In this document: one piece after another, positions 32,978-37,917 of the stretch | Layout of the letters: every line of letters begins with the position of its first letter | How positions within the stretch are numbered: the stretch's first letter is position 1 | Virus record (IMG/VR): IMGVR_UViG_3300045988_130903 | DNA length: 37,917 nucleotides | Strand: one strand, 5' to 3' | Source of the DNA: a virus | Notes under the pieces: generated by a model | What the model saw: the letters and a program-made list of their open reading frames with translations, nothing else | Databases searched by the model: none | What the model was told of the DNA's origin: nothing | Program-made: the position numbers and the translations under genes

Positions 32978-33233
32978 TATATTCTCCTTTTAATATTTTA
33001 ATTAAATCTTTGCTTAATCGTGCTGGCAAATAATAATCTTTTATTAATCTTTCATCTTTAGTTCTACCTATAACACATTCTTGTTTATATGTTTCGTAAA
33101 AATCTATTGCTTTATTTATTTTATCATTTAATTCTTGATTTTCTTTAACTAGTTTTTTAATTTCATTATAAACAATATTGCTATTTTCAAAATCAATATT
33201 ATTTAAGTAAGATATTAGTTCTTCATTATTCAT
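32967..33233 (-). CDS. Hypothetical coiled-coil protein, 88 aa
   Basis: ORF track. Confidence 0.5.
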   Translation of the reverse strand: MNNEELISYLNNIDFENSNIVYNEIKKLVKENQELNDKINKAIDFYETYKQECVIGRTKDERLIKDYYLPARLSKDLIKILKGEYNVK

Positions 33234-33446
33234 TTACTCATCACTCTCTATCTTCTCTTGATACATTACTATCGACCTTATTGGTACAATTACATCTATA
33301 TATCCACCTTTTTTCTTTAACTCTTTTCTAAATTGTTTTAAATTTTCTTCATACACAGCACTACAATAACCACCTATAGTAGTAACTTTTGTTTCATAAT
33401 TATTTTTATTTTTAATCTTTAACATTACTATCACTTCCTTCTTCAT
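33234..33446 (-). CDS. Hypothetical protein, ~63-70 aa
   Basis: ORF track; start uncertain. Confidence 0.45.
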   Translation of the reverse strand: MKKEVIVMLKIKNKNNYETKVTTIGGYCSAVYEENLKQFRKELKKKGGYIDVIVPIRSIVMYQEKIESDE

Positions 33447-33762
33447 ATACTATCTCTAATATTCTTTGTTTTAATTCACTTTTTAAAAATTTACTATTAT
33501 ACTTATAATAAATATTACCAGTATCACAATTATGGTTTATTATTAATGTTTCTATTTTAGATAGTTTATCTTTTAGTTGTTTATTTTCTTCAACATTTGC
33601 TTTTAAAAGTATATCGTAAGTTTGTATAGCACCATTTAATTTTTTATTTTCTTGTTGTAAATCGCAATACTTTTCAAAATAAAAATTGTGTAATTCTTCC
33701 AATCTAGTATAAGAACAACCACATTCTTCATCTAGCCATTTATTTATTGTTTCTAAATTCAT
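33412..33762 (-). CDS. Hypothetical coiled-coil protein, 116 aa
   Basis: ORF track. Confidence 0.5.
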   Translation of the reverse strand: MNLETINKWLDEECGCSYTRLEELHNFYFEKYCDLQQENKKLNGAIQTYDILLKANVEENKQLKDKLSKIETLIINHNCDTGNIYYKYNSKFLKSELKQRILEIVYEEGSDSNVKD

Positions 33763-34067
33763 TCTGACACCTCTTTTAATATATCTAATAATTCTTTTAA
33801 TATTTCAGGTATTAACTTCCAACGTGTATTTGTTTCAACATAAGAACCACTTTCATCAGTATTTTTTAAATAATGATTTATCAATTTATTTACTTTATCA
33901 ATAACTTCTTTTTGCTTTTTGACTTGTTGTTCTAAATTTTTTATGTATTTTGTTGATAAATAATTTCTTTGACAAATTAATTGATATGATTCATCTACAC
34001 TTACTCTACCAGCCTTAAATCTATTATTTATTCTTTCTATTCGTTTATAATATTCTTTTTTTTCCAT
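33759..34067 (-). CDS. Hypothetical coiled-coil protein, 102 aa
   Basis: ORF track. Confidence 0.5.
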   Translation of the reverse strand: MEKKEYYKRIERINNRFKAGRVSVDESYQLICQRNYLSTKYIKNLEQQVKKQKEVIDKVNKLINHYLKNTDESGSYVETNTRWKLIPEILKELLDILKEVSE

Positions 34068-34085
34068 TATTCTTATTTCTCCTTC

Positions 34086-34220
34086 CTAAAGAGTATCTTC
34101 ATAATGACTATAAGGTTCTAATATAATTGTTATAGTGTTTCCTTCTCTTTTAAAATCTTTAACATAAGCATATTGTTTAATAATATCTTTTATAAGTTTC
34201 AATACTAATCTTTTGTTCAT
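34086..34220 (-). CDS. Hypothetical protein, 44 aa (below track cutoff)
   Basis: Hand translation MNKRLVLKLIKDIIKQYAYVKDFKREGNTITIILEPYSHYEDTL. Confidence 0.35.
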   Translation of the reverse strand: MNKRLVLKLIKDIIKQYAYVKDFKREGNTITIILEPYSHYEDTL

Positions 34221-34222
34221 AA

Positions 34223-34375
34223 TTATTTCTCCTTTTTCATTTCTTTAAGTGTCTCTCGCATAAATTGTTCTATTAATGAAGATACGCTTCTGCCTATACT
34301 ACTAGCATATTTTTGAAATTCAGCATACACTTTCTTATCAAATGTATGTGTTTTTCTTGTTTTGTTTTCTTTCAT
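34223..34375 (-). CDS. Ribbon-helix-helix (CopG-like) protein, 50 aa
   Basis: ATG at 34375 after AAAGGAG. KTHTFDKKVYAEFQKYASSIGRSVSSLIEQFM. Confidence 0.55.
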   Translation of the reverse strand: MKENKTRKTHTFDKKVYAEFQKYASSIGRSVSSLIEQFMRETLKEMKKEK

Positions 34376-34458
34376 TTTATTCTCCTTTTCATATTTTCTA
34401 TGCTCTACATTTTTAATACTGGCTTGCAACAGTCAATGGCTACATTGAGAAAAAGATT

Positions 34459-34809
34459 TTATTCTTCTTCTTTATTAGATTTATTAGACAAGAAAGTTAC
34501 TTTTTCTGCAACAACTCTTAACTTTAATCTTTTATTCTCTTCTATTGTATGGTTATCATCAGTAGTTATTGAACTTTCTAATTTTCCTCTAACTCCTACT
34601 AAATCACCTTTTTTAAAATAATTTATTGTATTTCCAGCAATGCTGCCCCATAGCGTAACTGGTATAAAATCAGTTTCATAAATACCTTGTTCATTTTTAT
34701 AACTTCGTGATACTGCTAATGTAATATTGCAATCCTTTCTTCCATTTTCAGTTTCATTTATTTGAGGGTCTGAAACTAAATGACCAACTAATGTTAATTG
34801 ATTTAACAT
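34459..34809 (-). CDS. ssb: Single-stranded DNA-binding protein (OB fold)
   Basis: MLNQLTLVGHLVSDPQ...TDFIPVTLWGSIA...GDLVGVRGKL signature. Confidence 0.8.
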   Translation of the reverse strand: MLNQLTLVGHLVSDPQINETENGRKDCNITLAVSRSYKNEQGIYETDFIPVTLWGSIAGNTINYFKKGDLVGVRGKLESSITTDDNHTIEENKRLKLRVVAEKVTFLSNKSNKEEE

Positions 34810-34840
34810 CTTTCATCTCTCCTTTTCAATTTATACTTTA

Positions 34841-34869
34841 ATTATACTATATTATATTTACTTTGTCAA
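34841..34869 (-). promoter_or_regulatory. Consensus sigma-A promoter TTGACA-17-TATAAT
   Basis: Minus strand reads TTGACAAAGTAAATATAATATAGTATAAT, upstream of ssb. Confidence 0.7.
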
Positions 34870-34899
34870 TACTAAATTAACATTTTTTAAATTTATAGC

Positions 34900-34926
34900 A
34901 AAAAAAAGAAAGATTTTACTCTTTCT
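34900..34926 (-). terminator. Rho-independent terminator
   Basis: AGAAAGA-GUAAAA-UCUUUCU followed by eight U on the minus strand. Confidence 0.65.
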
Positions 34927-34934
34927 CTTCATTT

Positions 34935-35231
34935 TCAGTTGTTATAGAGTATTTCTTTGCCATATTCAACAGCAACTTCGTGTTCTATTTTGCAACCTCT
35001 AGCATATTGCCAACCTTTCATAAATATTATTGTATCTGCTTGTGCTAAATACTCTATACTTTTTGATAAAAACCATATTGCCTCATCAACATTTTTTGGT
35101 GTTTCATCAAATATAGTATTTAAAACTATATCTCCATTGCTTTCAATCTCTTTTACTAAATATTCCCTTTCTCTTCTTATTTCTTCATTTGTTTTACCTT
35201 TCATAGGTTGACTAATCATTACTTTTTTCAT
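34935..35231 (-). CDS. DUF4406-like (nucleoside 2-deoxyribosyltransferase-like) protein, 98 aa
   Basis: ATG at 35231 after AGAGGGA. MISQPMKGKT...IIFMKGWQYARGCKIEHEVAVEYGKEI pattern. Family assignment is from memory. Confidence 0.5.
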   Translation of the reverse strand: MKKVMISQPMKGKTNEEIRREREYLVKEIESNGDIVLNTIFDETPKNVDEAIWFLSKSIEYLAQADTIIFMKGWQYARGCKIEHEVAVEYGKEILYNN

Positions 35232-36636
35232 TTTTTCCCTCTTTCTTATCATCTTTGTTATCTTCTTTATCTTTTTGCTTATCTTTGTTATTATCAGCAT
35301 TATCCTCTTCATCATCAAGCAACTTATCAACACTAGGTGTTTCTTCTTCTATCTCTTCAATAGCCTTTTTGCTTTCTTCTAGTGTTTCATCGCTAAATAT
35401 GAATTGCCTTAGTTCTTCTTTCTTAACAACGCCTTGACTTAAACCTTGTACATATTGGTTATATGTTTCTTGCGGTTCTTCAAGTAAAGATAAATCCCAA
35501 TCGTAAGATAATTCAAAAGTACCGCTTGGAACAACATTATAAGCATTTGCTAGAACATCGCAAGCCTTAAAGAAATCATCAAAGCCTTGTTCTAGGTTAT
35601 CTCTTAAATCATCTACTATTGTTAAAGTATCATACAATGCCCTTTTAATAGCAGTTGCAGTTGCATTCGCTGTTTCTATTTCAGTTAATATTCCTGCACT
35701 TGTTCCAATTTCTTTTTCAAGTCTTGAATACAATTCCCTTAATCTGTTGTAATAAGAACTTTCTCTTATATCTGGGCTAAATACTTCCCAGAAGTCATCT
35801 TTATCACTGTTGAACTTCTTATAAAGCCCATCTTCTGGTAATTCCCAATGCCCATTTTTGTCTTTTTTAAACATTGAGTAGTCAACACCAATAAATGTTT
35901 CTTTTGACTTAAATTCCCTAACTATTTGCTTTAAGCACTCTCTTATTTCGGCTATCGTTTCATCGCAACCATAAGTAATAGGCACTCCATAGTCATCGCT
36001 TGTTTGCCTATTATTTACAGGGCTTATTATAAAAGCAAATGGTACTCTGTCAACATTACTAATACTTAATATTGTTTGAACTCCAGCCCAAAATTCAGGT
36101 GTGTCTTTTAATTCATTCCCATTTTCATCAGTAAACTTTTGTTGAATAATCAAGTTGTTATTTCTTATCTGATAATTAGTCCATCTGTAATAAATCTTTT
36201 GACTAACTAAATCACTTACAACTTTGCTTTCGGCAAGAATAGTCGCACCAGTGATTAAGTCACCAGCCTTTTCATCAATTAAAATTCTATTTTGTGGAAC
36301 AATATTGTAATAAATCTTTCCTTTTTTAACATAAGGAACTATTGCAATACCTCCAACTCCTAAAATTGTTGATGAAATCTTTTTTAACTTCCTTTTCATA
36401 CTTTGTACGATTTCATTGAAATACTTTGCTCTTTCGCTCGTACCAACTATATCAATATTGCTATCGTTTGCCACATAATTAGATATTTTGTTAGCAAATA
36501 TTGAAGTAAAGTTAATTTGGTCTATTCGCTCGTACTCTCTTTGATAATCGTTGTTTTGACTAACCACATCTGGTGTAGTCTGTGTTTTACTTTTAAAGAT
36601 ATGTTCCATAATCCAAAGATATACATTCTTTAGCAT
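35212..36636 (-). CDS. Portal protein (SPP1 gp6-like)
   Basis: 474 aa with an acidic/Lys-rich C-terminal tail, next to the packaging genes. Confidence 0.8.
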   Translation of the reverse strand: MLKNVYLWIMEHIFKSKTQTTPDVVSQNNDYQREYERIDQINFTSIFANKISNYVANDSNIDIVGTSERAKYFNEIVQSMKRKLKKISSTILGVGGIAIVPYVKKGKIYYNIVPQNRILIDEKAGDLITGATILAESKVVSDLVSQKIYYRWTNYQIRNNNLIIQQKFTDENGNELKDTPEFWAGVQTILSISNVDRVPFAFIISPVNNRQTSDDYGVPITYGCDETIAEIRECLKQIVREFKSKETFIGVDYSMFKKDKNGHWELPEDGLYKKFNSDKDDFWEVFSPDIRESSYYNRLRELYSRLEKEIGTSAGILTEIETANATATAIKRALYDTLTIVDDLRDNLEQGFDDFFKACDVLANAYNVVPSGTFELSYDWDLSLLEEPQETYNQYVQGLSQGVVKKEELRQFIFSDETLEESKKAIEEIEEETPSVDKLLDDEEDNADNNKDKQKDKEDNKDDKKEGKNEKSND

Positions 36637-36755
36637 ACTATCACTCTCCTTTTTTATATCTTTATTTTAAAATAACCCCCACTCTGCGAACTTTTCAAAA
36701 CCACCAATTTTGTTTATGTAATTTGAATGGCAAGAGTTTACTTTTTCTATCGTTT

Positions 36756-37346
36756 CTATTCTCCCTCTTTTATTAATAATGCCTTTTTGCCAGTAAATTC
36801 TTCCCATCTTGCTTTATGTCCATAATTATCTGTTAATTTGTGGCATTCGTGACATAATGTTAATCCATTATCTACATCATAAATTAATTCAGGATATTTG
36901 TTTTGTTCTTTTATATGATGTGCTTCTAAATCCCTTGTATGTTTACCACAATTTTGACAAATATAATTATCTCTTTTAAATACTTTATTACGCCATTCTT
37001 TATATTGAGAATTAGTTTTTCTTAATTTACTTTCTTTTGTTTTTCCACCCTGCCAAAACCAACTTAATTCGCCTTTATGTGTATTTCTATAATCTAGGTT
37101 TCTGCATTCATTATTGCAATAGACTTTATTCCTTTTAATATTGGTTTTTATATCTTTACCGCAATATTTGCATTTATTTATTATAGTTGCTCTTTTGCTC
37201 CAACATTCTTTACTACAATATTTTTGTTTATGTTGTTTAAAATCTTTTACTGCCCTAAACTCTTTACCACATACAAGACAAATCCCTATTCTTGCTCTTT
37301 GTAAATCAGGTCTTACTTCTCCTTTTCGCATTTTATATCTCTCCAA
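36756..37346 (-). CDS. HNH endonuclease with duplicated N-terminal zinc ribbons
   Basis: CLVCGKEF...CSKECW, CKYCGKDI...CNNECR, then CQNCGKHTRDLEAHHI...LTLCHECH. Confidence 0.8.
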   Translation of the reverse strand: MERYKMRKGEVRPDLQRARIGICLVCGKEFRAVKDFKQHKQKYCSKECWSKRATIINKCKYCGKDIKTNIKRNKVYCNNECRNLDYRNTHKGELSWFWQGGKTKESKLRKTNSQYKEWRNKVFKRDNYICQNCGKHTRDLEAHHIKEQNKYPELIYDVDNGLTLCHECHKLTDNYGHKARWEEFTGKKALLIKEGE

Positions 37347-37917
37347 TTAGTTTTAGTTCCATCAGGATTTAATCTATAAACATCATTTCCAGTAAAATTT
37401 ATATATCTTTCAATTATAACCGAAGCATAATGTTCATCGAGCTCCATCATATAACAATTTCTATTTAATTGTTCACAAGCAATTAATGTTGAACCACTAC
37501 CACCAAATCCATCATAAACTATTTCTTTATCTTTATTATCTCCTAATGCCATCGCAATTAATTCTATTGGTTTCATAGTAGGATGAACTGTATTTTTTTG
37601 TCTTTTGCATTCCCATATATCTCCTCTAATAGTTTTCTCTCCACCAAATTTTCCATAGTAAAATATTATTTCATGTTGTTTAAAATACTTATCTAAATGT
37701 TGTGCTGGATTTACTTTATTCCAAATTATCATTGCTTTTGGTGCCATTCCTATATTAGTCATTGCTTTTTTAAATAAATGTTCATATTGCCAACTACAAC
37801 ATACATAAGCAGTATCACATTTCATAATAGACTTTTCTAAAAAATCAACAAAATCTTCATCATTCATTTTATCATTTTCTATTGTTCTTTTGTCTTTAAT
37901 CCCTGAATATGCAATAT
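37313..37917 (-). CDS. ParB-DNA methyltransferase, 3' part (same gene as 1-705; 37799-37917 duplicates 1-119)
   Basis: VYDGFGGSGSTLIACEQL (AdoMet motif I) lies after DPPY, i.e. a beta-class amino-methyltransferase. Open to the window end. Confidence 0.85.
   Translation of the reverse strand, partial: IAYSGIKDKRTIENDKMNDEDFVDFLEKSIMKCDTAYVCCSWQYEHLFKKAMTNIGMAPKAMIIWNKVNPAQHLDKYFKQHEIIFYYGKFGGEKTIRGDIWECKRQKNTVHPTMKPIELIAMALGDNKDKEIVYDGFGGSGSTLIACEQLNRNCYMMELDEHYASVIIERYINFTGNDVYRLNPDGTKTNWRDIKCEKEK

Noticed and set aside
36637-36755. cos or pac site in the HNH-portal gap
   Set aside because: The only support is a G-rich motif and the proximity to the HNH gene. Sequence alone cannot define phage termini. 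It is mentioned under the methylase/HNH finding as something to test with read-terminus analysis.
272-37350. All plus-strand ORFs in the track (for example 272-457, 3010-3219, 6118-6755, 8030-8323, 10049-10297, 13107-13337, 14031-14270, 15715-16066, 23843-24076, 24782-25205, 29499-29735, 30114-30666, 34313-34621, 35255-35437, 37141-37350)
   Set aside because: Each lies antisense to a well-supported minus-strand gene or inside RNA/regulatory DNA. They have low-complexity Phe/Leu/Ser/Ile-rich translations typical of the reverse frame of AT-rich genes, and they lack ribosome-binding sites.
1-37917. Lysogeny module (integrase, excisionase, CI-type repressor), CRISPR arrays, rRNA genes
   Set aside because: No tyrosine or serine recombinase motifs appear in any ORF. 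There are no regularly spaced direct repeats and no rRNA-like sequence. Only small HTH and RHH regulators are present.

Overview
The window is one complete, circularly closed genome of a tailed, siphovirus-type phage. Bases 1-119 are identical to 37799-37917, so the unique length is 37,798 bp. It is very AT-rich and looks like a phage of a low-GC Firmicute. Every credible gene is on the minus strand, and the plus-strand ORFs in the track are antisense artefacts.

Gene order on the minus strand, by descending coordinate:
- small genes, then TerL with a TerS-like N-terminus
- ParB-DNA methylase, which wraps across the window ends
- HNH, then portal
- an inserted unit carrying SSB, an RHH protein and small genes
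- MuF/gp7 minor head protein
- a 1.2-kb non-coding island
- scaffold, capsid, connectors, tail tube, chaperones, tape measure, tail tip and fibre
- membrane proteins
- a cysteine-rich accessory cassette with a sigma-region-4-like regulator
- a tRNA-Cys-like gene, then holin and CHAP endolysin
- early regulators, a recombination module, replication organiser plus DnaB
- small genes with three HNH endonucleases, C5 methylase, ERCC4 nuclease

No integrase, CRISPR array or rRNA was seen.

Items worth a second look:
1. A non-coding unit bounded by a promoter and a terminator, about 0.5-0.6 kb, inside the head module. It has long-range helices and a tRNA-like 3' module that lacks an acceptor stem.
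2. A diverged second copy of the origin-like module found inside the replication-organiser gene.
3. A Com-like zinc-ribbon ORF upstream of a structured scaffold leader.
4. A tRNA-Cys(GCA)-like gene with a non-canonical elbow beside the Cys-rich genes.
5. A consensus promoter followed after about 70 nt by a strong terminator just before the lysis genes.
6. A MuF protein with a toxin-like C-terminal extension and a translationally coupled small ORF.

All family names come from motifs I recognise in the translations. No searches were run.
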